The notes under the pieces were generated by a model, which did no database searches, was not told where the DNA came from, and saw nothing but the letters and a program-made list of their open reading frames with translations. Positions 10,819 to 23,075 of a DNA stretch of 64,000 nucleotides are shown in pieces (position 1 is the stretch's first letter; each line of letters starts with the position of its first letter). A program made the position numbers and the translations under genes. This DNA is from Phaeosaccion multiseriatum (Eukaryota > Protista > Ochrophyta, other classes), in the NCBI GenBank assembly GCA_965112735.1, contig OZ218959.1, positions 1,240,001 through 1,304,000 on the forward strand. Reading direction: 5' to 3'.

Positions 10819-13800
10819 ATGGGGAATAGGGCTTCCTCCGAGGCCGATGACGAGGCAGCAGCACCACGAGCAGGGTGGGGGAGGGAAGGAGGAGGAGGAG
10901 GTGGGGATGGTGGAGGCAGTGGAGGCTTACGACGAGCTGGCAGCAGCAGACGCGGCGGGGAGCCGGCTCCGGACGTCATGTCAGACACGAGCAGGAGGTG
11001 GGTGCTTGCATTTGCACACCAATCCGCCTTCTCAATCAATCCCGCCCTTATTTTTCCTCGCTCCCTTCCTTCCCTCCCTCCCCCCCCCCTTCTTTCTTGT
11101 GTAACCTGCAGATTCCACGAGGAGATGGTGGAGATGCGTGGGCAAGGAGAGCTCAGCGAGTCGGAGATGAACAACGCCATGCGGGTGCGTGAGTGAGTGA
11201 GTGAGTGAGTGAGTGAGTGTGTGGGAGGGGGGGGTGACACAAGTGTCTTGTGTGTGTCAGCACTACGACTAGTGCCCTGTTTCATCCGCTCCCGCTGTGG
11301 CCTTCTGTCCCATTCCCATCTCCTGACTTGCAGACTCGTTTTGTTCGCATTTCCTTATCTCCCTCACCCCGTTCCTCCCCCAAGGGCGATGGCGATGAAG
11401 GCGAGCAGCAGATGAGCTACTTTGCTATGGCCAAGTACGGCTACGCAGAGCTTGTCAACGCCATCATCAGACCGCCACGCTCAGACTATGACTTGTCTGA
11501 GCTCGGGCCGGAGGAGTTCGAGTACAAGGGAAAGTGAGTGACTCTGTGGAGTGGGGGAGTGAAGCAATGAAGAGTACACGAGGGGCGTACGTGCACGTGT
11601 GAGTGGTGACAGGGCAGACCAGTGCCGCCACACACACACACAAAACACACGCACGCACACACACACATACAGAGACACACACACACCTTCTCAACAACCC
11701 TGTACTTGTATGCAGGCTGTACTGGAGAGAAGACTTCGAGTTAGTGAACCCCCGCGGGATGAAGCTCCAATGCAGTCACTGGCGGCCCAAGGGGTGGAGT
11801 TCCTCCCCCGCCGTGCCTTGTGTCATCTACCTGCACGGCAACAGCTCCTCACGCCAAGAGGCGCTACCCCAGCTGGCGCTCTGCCTCAGTCTAGGGGTTA
11901 CGTTCATGACCTTTGACTTCGCGGGTTCAGGACTCAGTGAGGGCGATTTTGTGAGTCTGGGCTACTTTGAAAGAGATGACTTGGGCACTGTGATTGACCA
12001 CCTCCGGAATAGAGACCCGTCGGTTTCCAGCATTGCATTGTGGGGAAGGAGTATGGGCGCGGCCACAGCGCTGCTTCACGGCGTTAGGGATCCGTCCATT
12101 GCCGCCATGGTAAGGAGGGAGGGAGGGAGGGAGGGAGGATGGAAGGAAGGAAGGAAGGAAGGGAGGGAGGGAGGGAGGATGGAAGGATGGAAGGAAGGAA
12201 GGAAGGAAGGGAGGGAGGGAGGATGGAAGGAAGGAAGGATGGAAGGGAGGGAGGGAGGGAGGGAGGATGGAAGGATGGAAGGATGGAAGGGAGGGAGGGA
12301 GGGAGGGAGGGAGTGAGGGAGGATGGAAGGGTGGAAGGAAGGAAGGAAGGAAGGGAGGGAGGGAGGGAGGGAGGATGGAAGGATGGAAGGAAGGAAGGAA
12401 GGGAGGGAGGGGGGGAGGATGGAAGGATCGAAGGAAGGAAGGAAGGAAGGGAGGGAAGGAGGGAGGATGGAAGGATGGAAGGAAGGAAGGGAGGGAGGAT
12501 GGAAGGATGGAAGGATGGAAGGGAGGGAGGGAGGCAGGATGGAAGGAAGGAAGGAAGGAAGAGAGGGAGGAAGGATGGAAGGAAGGAAGGGAGGGAGGAT
12601 GGAAGGATGGAAGGAAGGAAGGAAGAGAGGGAGGGAGGGAGGGAGGATGGAAGGATGGAAGGAATGGAGGGAGGGAGGATGGAAGGAAGGAAGGGAGGGA
12701 GGGAGGATGGAAGGATTGAAGAATTGAAGGGAGGGAGGGAGGGAGGGAGGATGGAAGGAAGGGAGGGAGGGAGGGAGGGAGGGAAGGAGGAAGGATGGCA
12801 GAGAAGAAGGGAGGAAGAAAGGAAGGGATGAGGGAGGGAGAGAGAGGGAGAGAGGGAGGGAGGGAGAGAGGGAGGGAGAGAGAGGAAGAGTGGGGAGGGA
12901 GAAAGGGGGGAAGGAAGCAAGGAAGGAAAAAGTGTCTCAGTCAGTGGGTCAACCAGTCAGTCAGTCAGTCAGCCAGCCAGTCAGTCAGTCTAGTTGTGGG
13001 GCTGTTCGGGCTGTGGACAGCATACATGCCAGGCTCTTCTCTTCTCTTGCCTGCCCCACTGGCATGTGATATGGTCTTCTCCTCCTCACCCCCCCTCCCT
13101 CCTCCCTCGCCCCCCTCGCCCCTGCTGCCAGGTGCTGGACAGTGCCTTTTCAGACCTCACCTCCCTGGCAGAGGAGATGGTGGACAAAGGGCGGGAGGCT
13201 GGACTCGTGGTGCCCTCCTTCGTCGTCAAGATCGTTATGCGCATGATTAAGGGTGAGAGAGAGGGAGGGGCGAGGGAGAGGGGAGGGAGGGAGGGAGGGA
13301 GGGAGGGAGGGAGGGGACCATTGACAAGTCTTGTGAGAGCGACAGAGTCGTGCGTGCGTGCGTGCGTGCGCGTGTGCGTGCGTTGGTGAGTGCGTGCGTT
13401 GGTGAGTGCGGGCGACTCTTGTGATGGTCCTCACACGTCCTTCGCCTCGCAATGTCCTGCCATGTACTGCCATCCGCACACGGCATGGATAGAGGAGGAA
13501 GCTCAGCCTCTGCACTGCCCTCTTGTGTGCATAGCTGCCTTTCCTCGTTGTACGCCTTGTTTGCCTGACTTATTCACTCCCACCCTTCTACCTCCCCTCC
13601 CTCCCACCCTCTCCGTCCCTCCCTCCCTCCCTCCCTCCCTCCCTCCCTCCCTCCCTCCCTCCCTCCCTCCCTCCCTCCCTCCCTCCTTCCCTCCCCCCCT
13701 CTGTCCGTCTCTCCCTCCGTCCCTCCCTCCTTCCCTCCCTCCCTCTCTCCCTCTCTCCCTCCCTCCCTCCCTACCCCCCTTGTTCCGCCGCTGAACCGCA

Positions 13801-15816
13801 ATCGGACTTGCATTGCATTGCATTGCATTGCATCATCAGGGTCGGTAAAGAAGACGGCAGGCTTCGACATCAAGGACTTGTGTCCCATAGCACATGCAGA
13901 CGAGACTTACATCCCCAGCCTCTTCATCGCGGGGCGGGACGATGACTTCATCCGGCCGCACCACTCGCAGGATATTCACGACGCTTATGCCGGGGACAAG
14001 AACATCGTTGTAGTGGTACGTACGTAAGGTTATACATAAGCTGAGCTCTCTCCCTCTCTCTCTGTTTCCAGTTTCGGTTCCAGCTTCATTGCCAGTTCAG
14101 TTTCGTTTTCAGTTCATATATACGAGGAGGAGGAGGAGGAGGAGGAGGGGCATCATTCGCCCCTCTGACTCGCCCTTCCATGCTCTTACGCACACCTCAC
14201 GCAACTCTCTCTTGACCCCTTGTTGCGCCCCTCCCTCGCTACTGTTTGCCTGTCTGCTTGACATGCCTCCTCGCATTCATCACATCCATCACCTCCATTA
14301 CAGGAGGGCGATCACAACAGTATGCGACCGGACTTCCTGTTTGACTCGGTCTACAACTTCTTCCAGGTGAGGGACAGCAAGAGGGAGGAGTTTTCAGTTT
14401 TCAGTTGATGTGACCTTATGTAACGTATATCAATATCGCACAGCATAAAAGGAGTCGATATCGAAGAAAGCAGCAATACAAATACATGCAGCAAAGTACC
14501 ATCGTGCTCGCAATGCATACGATTGACGTATTGAAGGAGTATAGAAAGGGGGGGGAGAAGGAAGGAAAGTAATCCGTGCCGCGTCAACATCAAAACAGGA
14601 TGTGAGGAGGAATTTCCGTTTTACCACCTTGCACCACCCTGTCGACCCCACCCCACCTTCCCTCACCAATTTTCACCCACCTCACCGTCGTCTCTCTCTC
14701 TCTCTTTTGCTGGATGGCATTCCGATTGATGTCTTGCCTTCCTTTCAATTTCATTTTTCGGTTTCTGTCTTGCAGGGGAGTTTGCGGATTCCGGTGGAGT
14801 GGAACAGGCCTGAGCCCAGGCACCAAAATGGACTTCCTCCGTGGTACAGCACCGAGTCCTTCGCTGACATGGGCTACTTCGCTGGGGCAGGCGAGGGCGG
14901 GTTTGACCCCTCTGTCTTGGGGGGAGAAGTTGGGAACGATATTCAGTTGCAGTCAGCTCTCTTCAGTATGCTGTCGCAGGAGCAGCAGGAGCGGCAGCAG
15001 CAGCAGCAGCAGCAGCAACCGCAGCGGCAGCAAGGTCGGCAGGCCCTACCCACCGCTTCGCTGCTACACGGGGGAAGCTCAACGTCGTCGAGTAGCAGTA
15101 GTAGTAGTAGCAGCAGTGGCTCCGGTACAGACTACTACGCCCATGACCCGTACGATGAAGGAGGCGGCAGAGGAGAGGGAGGAGGAGGGGGAGGGGGAGG
15201 AGGAGGAGGAGGAGGAGGAGGAGGGGACAAAGGTCGAAGAAAAGCGAAAGGAGGACGAAGAGGAGGGGGAGGAGGAGGAGGAGGAGGAGGAGGAGGAGGA
15301 GGAGGAGGCTCTGTCTGGCCTCCTTTGAATTCAAATCGCCCGAGAGTTGCTAGCGATGACGAGAAAGTATCGATGGCACTCGACGGCGCTACGGACGTGG
15401 ATCCTGAGGAGGTAGAAGTGGATTTGGGTGGTGGTGAAGGTGGTGGTGGTGGTGATGGTGCTGGTGGTGGTAGTGGGACGAGTGACGGGGGGGTGGAGAA
15501 GAAGGGTGGAGTGCCCGTAGAAGGGCAAGAGTGCTCCCCACAACAGGCAGTGGAGGGGGAGGGGGAGAGGGAGGGGGAGGAGGAGGGGTACAGCCGTGTC
15601 TCCGATGCCTGTCAAGACTCTCTCAAACAAGGCGTGGAAGGAGAGGGGGGAGGTGATGTGTCAGATGCTTCGCAAGGCTCTCTCAAGCAAGGGGTGGGCG
15701 GGGGTGCCTCCGATGCCTCCTTAGTCTCTCCCAAACAGGGGGTGGAGGGGGTGGAGGGGATGGAGGGGGCGAGGGATGCTTCCCAAGACGGTCATGCGCA
15801 ACTTGAGCTTTGCTGA
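10819..15816 (+). CDS. Alpha/beta-fold serine hydrolase (YqkD/ABHD-like), about 8 exons, probable N-myristoylation start MGNRASS
   Basis: Motifs AIIRPPR, CVIYLHGNSSSR, FDFAGSGLSEGDFVSLG, nucleophile WGRSMG, VLDSAFSDL, acid G.DDDFI and His EGDHNS, on exons joined by GT-AG introns. Confidence 0.9.
12110..12930. repeat. About 800-bp polypurine (GGAA/GGGA/GGAT)n tract filling most of an intron
   Basis: Directly visible; starts at the GTAAGG donor. Confidence 0.95.
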
Positions 15817-16107
15817 ATGCGCCACTTTCGACGGTGTGCGAGGCCTGCGGAGCGCCCCTCCAGAGCGGCACAGACACTTGAGAGACAGACAGAGAGAAAG
15901 AAAGAGAGAGAGAGAGACCTTGGGTTTGCTCTCATTGAATGAACGAACGAGCCTTTCATTTTCAATTTTGCTTCAATGGGAAAGAAAGAACAGCCAAAGT
16001 CCCCTCCCGAGCCCACAGAGGATGGGGCGAAGGGAGGCGAGGCGCAGCAAAGCCCCCGGCGGGGTTTTGATCCGACGGATTGATATGACTATGACTCATC
16101 TCAGACA

Positions 16108-18716
16108 TCAGATGGTGACGAGGTTCCCCTTGCCATCCACCCCGGCTCCCTCCGCCCCCTCCGCCTGTACAGCCTTGCTCAGGAAGCTCTCCCACTCCGC
16201 CACCGCCGCTGCGTCGTGAAACAGTCGGTAATTGAGGCTGTGAATGCGCTGACTCAGCGCTTGTCGTGCAGTGGGGTTGTGGGCCAATTGGAGGGCGATG
16301 TTGACGTACTCTTTGGCCGAGTGGGCCACGCAGTCGAGTATACCCATTCGCTCATACATGGCGTAGGCGAAGCGGCCGCCGAGTAGTTGGGAGGGGAGGG
16401 TGACCACGGGGGCGCCGACGGAGAGGGCTTGCAGGCTGGTGATGTAACCGCCGATTGGGTAGGTGTCGAGGACGACATTGGCAGCCTGAAGTCAGAGGGA
16501 GAGAGAGGGAGGGGAGGGGGTAGGGGAGAGGGAGAGGGGAGGGAGTGATGGAGAGAGGGGGGGGGGGAGATTTAAGATGGAGAGAGGGGAAGCATTCCTG
16601 AGGTGGTGAAAGGTCTAAAAAGTATGATGAGATAAGGTAGGCAGACTAACCTGATACAAGGCCAGCATCTTCTAGTGGTAAGCAAAAATCTACTACGTAA
16701 GGATAACGTAAGGTAAGCAGACTGACCTGATACAAGGCCAGCATCTCCTGCTCCCCGTCTGCGGTGTAGAAGAGGATACGGTCCGCGTGGTCGCCATCCT
16801 TCCCCTCCTCTTGCATGCGACCCTCGATGCGACTCAGCAGCTGCTTGCTCCACGCATGGCGATCCCTCCCACTGAGGAGCAGGAGGTAGGCGAGACGGTC
16901 TTTGGAGAGTACATCGATCTGAGCGGTGGTGAGAGGGGAGGAGAGGGAGGAGAGGGAGGGGAGGGAGGGGAGGGCAGGGAACGAGAGCGAAGGGGAGGGA
17001 GGGGGGAGACAGAGCGAGAGTTAGAGGGCAAGGCAAACGGAGGGTTGGAGAGACAAGAGAGAGACAGACGGACTACCGTCCCGATGGACTACCAACGGAC
17101 AGACCACCGCCTGTGAGGACTGACTGCCAATGGCCGGACTCGTCCTCCTCCTCCTCCTCCTCCTCCTCCTCCTCCTCCTCCTCCTCCTCCTCCTCCTCTC
17201 CCTCCACATCCTTTCTCCTCTTCCTCTAACTGCCCCGTCTTCCCACTCACGCACCCACCCACCCACCTACCCACCCACCCACTCACTCCTGTGTCACCAA
17301 CCACTTACCAGCATGTCGTCGAAGGCCGGGTGGAACTTAAGCAGGGCCTGCGGGCAGATGTAGAGGTGAAAACCCGAGGGGAGGTGCAAGCGGCTGCGCA
17401 TAGCCTCACGGATGGCGACGGCGTCGAAGTGGGGGTCTGCTGGAGGTTCCCATCTGCGGGCAGGTGGAGGGTAGGGACAGGCAGGGGGGAGGGGGTCAGG
17501 GGCAGTGAGGAGTGGGAGGGGGAGGTGGGTAGTCCGATAGTCAGTCAGTCGTCGCTCTGTCTTTGTTCCTCCTCGCTCTTCTCTTCTGCCCCTGTCAGTC
17601 AGCCAGTAGCCGGCCAGCCAGCCAGCGAGCCAGCGAGCCAGCCAGCGAGCCAGCCAGTCAGTAAGTCAGTCGGTCGGTCTGTCAGTCAGTCAGTCAGTCA
17701 GTCTGTTTTTCTTCCTCCTCCCCCTTTCTCTTCCGCCCCCGCCCCCCCCTCTCTTCCCCCACGAGTACCTTCTAAAGTACGCCCCCAAGCCCGCCATTCG
17801 ATAGAGGCGTTCGCTGTAGTGTGCCTCCGCCCCGGGCACCTCTATGCTCGAAGAGAGAAAGTAGTCGATTGTGGGTACCCCCGTGGTGTCCGGATGCCCA
17901 AACCACGCCACTTGCACCGGCGCCAACCTGTTGAAGGATAGGAAGTACGCGAAGGGGTCCATCCCAAGCTCTGGATAAATGAGCACGTCGAGGGCTTGGG
18001 CGGTGATGACAGAGGCTGCCGTGCTTAAGTCAGTGGAGATGTGGAAGGCCTGCAGAGAGGGGGGGAGGGAAAGGGGGGGGGGGTTAGAAGAGAGAGAGGG
18101 GGGGTCTGGGAGGGCAAGAGACTGAAGGAGTGAGAGAGGGAGAGAGAGGGTTGAGGAACACGAGGACGTGGGAAGGTTTTGCTGAGTGAAAGGAGATGAT
18201 GATGACAAGGGCGGGAGATGAAAGGAGTGTCAGAAGCAAAGCACAAGTGTGTACAAAGCGTGCTCGGCTCCTCTTCCTTTCTCCCGTTCTCCCTCCCTCC
18301 CTCCCTCCACCTCTCCCACCGACGAAGTCCACTCTCTGCTCCATTCCATCCCACTAACCTGATCCGCGCTCTCCAGCACCCTCTCAAAGACTTCATCCCC
18401 CCCGTGCTCAAGGCTCTGAATGAAGAAGACGCTCACTTGGAAGCGGCTCCTGTCCAGCATGCTGATCACCCCCTCCGCCAGCAGCCCGACGGCGTGTCTG
18501 TACAAAAAACGACTCACAAAGCCCACTCGGATCACGCTGCCATCGCCTCCACTGCCATCCCCACCCCCTTCTCGGCCATGCGGTCCCTCCGACGACGACG
18601 ACGAAGAAGAAGTTTGTCGAGAGGAGCGGCGAGATGGGGCCACAGCCGCCGTATCGTCGCCATTTGCAGACTCCTCACCATCATCACCATCATCACCATC
18701 ACCCCTACTGCTACTG

Positions 18717-18752
<36 letters not shown>

Positions 18753-21700
18753 ATGGTGGGCAGGATGTTTCCCTCCTGCACAAAGGAGCCGCTCAGCAGC
18801 GCCGGGCAGAAGGCCGAGTACACGCGGTGCAGCTTGGCCTTGATGGCACGATTGTTCTCCCCGTGAAACGCCAGATGGTACCCGATGCTGAAGCCGTGAT
18901 GCAGCGGAGCGGCTGTCGACATGGTCCCTCTCCGAGTCTTGATCCCGTTCCTCGCTTCCTCTCTTTCCTCTCTTGCCTCCTCCCGGGCCTCTCCCCCTTC
19001 CTGCACCCACTCAGTGTCGAGCAGCAGTCCGTCCAGCTTGTCTTCCATACGATGCCTGATGCGAGCAAGCTCCTCAACCGTCGGCATGACACGTGGCAGC
19101 ACGGTGGCCATCTTGATGTGAATGTGGCTGTCCGGCAGAGAGAGGGAGGAGGCCTCGGCCGCCCTCAGCCCTGCGAGCACGGCGTCATATCGTTCCATAC
19201 TCTCGGAAGTACGGCCCTCCAATTCCAGTGCTATGGCCACGTTGAGTTCTGCCAGGGCGTGTCCGTGGCGGAGAGATGACTCGTAGAGGTCTGTGGGCGC
19301 GTGTGTGGGCGCGTGTGTGGGTGTGTGTGTATGTATGTGTATTGTGTGGATGGGAGAGGGGGGGGGGTGTTTGGGTGCGTGTGTGTGTGAGTGTGAGTGT
19401 GCGCTTCATGCACAGGGGGGGGGGGGGGAGGGGAGCGGCCCCGAGAAGGAGAGAAGGAAAAACAGTGGGAGGCCAGCAACGAAGGAAACACAAAGCAAAG
19501 AATCAGCCCAGCACCCCACACGAAAGCGCTTCTCGTCTTGAACCTCCTGTGCTGCGGCTGCTGTTGCTGCTACTGCTGCTGCCGAACTTTCCTTTTCAAA
19601 GAAAAACGGTTTGGGAGCACACGCACCCGCACGTCCATACGCACGCACGCACGCACGCACACACAAGCACACAAGATACTTATCCCGACTCTTACGTATG
19701 GCCTCGTCGAGGTTTCCGAGCTGCATGTGCACATTGCCTAGCTCGTTGAGCATCTGGGCGTTGTCAGGCCACTTGAGCAAGCCTTTCTCCCAACAGGCCT
19801 TGGCCTCCACCATCTTGTCCTGGGCCTGTGGGTGGGGGCGGATTGGACCGACGGCAGGCACGGGGGACCAGTCCACGGGGGCAGCAGCAACAAGAGTTGG
19901 TGATACAGCAGCAGTAGAGGCAGCAGCAGCAGCAGCAGCAGCAGTAGCAGCAGCAGAGGCAGGGTCAGACGCAGGGTCCGACGCAGGGTCAGAGTCATGT
20001 TCAGGATGAGGTCCACGGTCGACAAGAGTCATCTTCGACTTTGGAAGTGGAGAGCCGTCGCGGACAGAGACGGCCCTTTCTCTCTCCCTCACTATGGGCC
20101 TTCGTAGGCAGCAGCAAACTCCTCAGCCCTCATGTAGGTGTGTGCGTGAATGTGGGTGCGGCTGGCTGCCAAGTGTTGTCAGTCATCCATGGCTGCGTTT
20201 CAGTAGCGCTAACGAATGGTCTGAAACGCAAAGTACTGCCTGCCTGACGAACGGATTGACTGACTGACTAACTGAGTGAGTGACTGACTGACCTGTAGCA
20301 AATCGCACTGGCGGACCGTGGCCTCGTGTAGCATGGCCACCGTCGGAGCCGCCAGCGAAGAAGGGGCCGAGGAGGAGGAGGAGGAGGAGGATGAAGAGGA
20401 GGAAGACGAAACTGTCAGGTCAGAGTCAGGCTCTCTCTCGGAGTCGTCGGACCCCCCAGGAAAGGAGGAGGGCAAGGGCAGCGTGGAGGCGGAAACCTCC
20501 TGCCAGCTGCTGCTGGGGGTGCCGCTGCTGCTGGCGGTGCCACTAATGCTGCTTGCGTAGATGACCTCCGTGTACAGCAGGATGGCTCGATCCCACTCGT
20601 TCATTTCCTGGTGAGGCAGCAGCCCGGTGGTGAGGCAGGCAGACCGGTGAAAAAGGGGGTGGAGGGAAGGGTTAGCGATTGGGCACAGAGTAAAGGTGAG
20701 AGCAAGAGAAGCCAACAATTGCCAACAATCCTTCACCCAATGGTCGTCAGCGGGAGGACGTATTCTGTAACCGTAACCGCAAGTGACCGCACTCCAACCG
20801 AGTGGGTGCACGTGTGTACTTTGTACCGCACCTGGTAGGCGAGACCGAGGTTAAACTTGGCGAGCGTGAAGTGCGGCTGCAGAGAGAGGGCGTACTTGTA
20901 GTGTTTCACCGCCTCCTTCACTCGCCCCGCCGCGCGGAGACACTCGCCTAGGCTGGGGAGAAAGAGGAGGAGAGGAGATGGTGGTTGTGGTGGTGGTGGT
21001 GAAGAGAGTGGTGAGGAGTCATCGGTTTGAATGTTCGCGCTTCCTTGCTTCTCTCCGTCCTGTTGTCCCGCTACTGCCATCTGCCGTGTACACACCAAAC
21101 AAGCCCGGGCAGAAAGGCGGCAAATATACACACTTCACACACACACTTACACACACACTTACACACACACGGCACGCACACACACACACACATACACGCA
21201 CACACACCAAACCTGTTGTGGAAGTTCTCATACGAAGCGTTGCCCGCTTGCACCAGCGCCTGCTCGATGTAGGGAATGGCCGTGAGGGGCTCCCCCTTCT
21301 CGTACAGCACCAGGCCCAAGAGGTGGAGGGCATCGGCGTGGTCGGGGAACTGTCCGAGGATCTTTCGGTAGATGCTCTCTGCCGCCTCCTTGCCACCTGT
21401 GGTGTGGTGCTCCATCGCCACCTGTGAGTGAGCCACGCACGCACGAACAGGTGCACACATTGACACACACGCACACACCAAATGGCACACAGGGCAAAGA
21501 GGGAGGGCCGACGCGAAGAAGGCGCGTCAGGGATGGAGGGCAGGAAGCGGCGAACCTATTTGTTGTGACAGGAGCTGGATGACAGACTGTATGTGAAGTG
21601 GTAGAGCAATGGCGAGGTAGTAGTAGTAGTAGTCGTAGTAGGAGTAGTAATAGTAGTAGTAGAAGAGAAGGAGGAGGAGGAGGAGGAGGAGGAATAGTAG

Positions 21701-22841
21701 AAATAGCAGTAGTAGTAGTAGTAGTCGAAGTAGGAGGAGGAAACGTAGTAGTAGTAGTAGTAGTAGTAGTAGGAGTAGTAACCGTAGTAGTAGTAGCAGT
21801 AGCAGCAGCAGCAGCAGTTGGTGATACAGCAGCAGGCCTACCCTCCTCCACCAACCTGCATTGCTGTTTGAATGGACACGGGCAGAGCCAGCGAGTCGTA
21901 CACATCGTCCGACAGCGTCACTCCTCCTACACGGAATGACCGAACGGAAACCGCAAGGGCATTGGAGCGCTCGAACAGCACCACGCGGAGATCATAAGTT
22001 CTGTGGTGGAGGGTGATGAAGACGTCGAATGAGTTAGTCACACGGAGGGAGGGAGGGAGGGAGGTAGGGAGAGGGGAGGGAGGGAGGGAGGGAGGGAGGG
22101 GGAGAGAGGGGATGGAGGGAGGGGGAGAGAGGGGAGGGAGAGGAGAAGAGACAGTCCTGGGTTGTAGAAGAGAGAGTCCTGTGCCGACTCTCCCGGCTCG
22201 CTCACGTCCATTTACCTTCCAGGCTCCAAGCCGAAGGCGTGGAATGTCAGCGGGGTGGCCTGCTGCTCAAAGCACGTCTCCACCACGGATTGGCCCTGAT
22301 TTGCGAATGATGTGATATAGGAAGGAATTGGGGTACAACTGTAAGCAGAGAGGAATGTGGGGTATTGAAGTTGAGCAAGGAGCGATGAGAGTGCGCTGGG
22401 AGAGAGAGACACACAGAGAGACTGAGAGGTGCTGATGGCTCATCGTCTTCGCTACCCAACCAGCACGGAACATGCTCTCACGTGTGAGGTGACGCCCAGG
22501 CATATCCTGGAGTTGTGCAGTTTGCTTGGCATGCCGTAATCGTACCCATGCACGTCCAGGCTGATCTCCAAATCGCCGGACTCGAGCAGGGCTCCGTTAT
22601 TTGGGCTGACGATGTTGATGCGCGGGCGCTGCACCGCCCCTGTGAAGTATTCGGTGGGATCGATGGTATCCTCAGGCACGACTTGCCAGGAACCATGGGT
22701 TGTGGATTGGATGTGCCCCTCCTTCTCCTGCTGCTCCTGCTGCTGCTGCAGACCCATCTGGGCATGCGCCGTGGAGGGCAAGGCAGATAAGAGGAGACAT
22801 GCCCATACAGCTGCAGCTGCAGTGGAGAGCCCGAAACGCAT
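16108..22841 (-). CDS. TPR + glycosyltransferase family 41 (OGT/SPINDLY/HMW1C-like) protein with N-terminal signal peptide, about 12 exons
   Basis: N-terminus MRFGLSTAAAAVWACLLLSALPSTAHAQ; TPRs (ADALHLLGLVLYEKG, LGECLRAAGRVKEAVKHY, MLNELGNVHMQLG); GT41 motifs IRVGFVSRFLYRHAVG, DVLIYPELGMD..RLAPVQVAWFGHPDTTG, CPQALFKFHPAFD and VVLDTYPIGG. Confidence 0.88.
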
Positions 22842-23075
22842 CGTACGTGCGGTCACCCACTTATCCAACCGTTAATCACGATCAAAGAAAGAGATCCAGC
22901 TGGACTGACGCACAGCCTTTTATTCGTATGCACCCACGAAGCTGCAGCATGTCATCATATCTTCCCCTTTCCCGAGCTGCTGATGCTTTCTCTTCAAAGG
23001 CTGCGGCAATTAAAAGTGATATCTTCATCCATCCTCCCTCCTCCTCGCTCCTCGGTGGAGATTCGACTTTTTCTT

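Noticed and set aside
12084-12920. Long ORFs over GGAA/TTCC tracts (also 39662-40597, 40706-41324 and 44323-45079)
   Set aside because: These are stop-free frames produced by simple repeats, either intronic or antisense to real exons.
16694-16712. Third pair of ACGT cores 11 bp apart
   Set aside because: It is intronic and inside a local duplication, so it was not counted as support for the promoter element.
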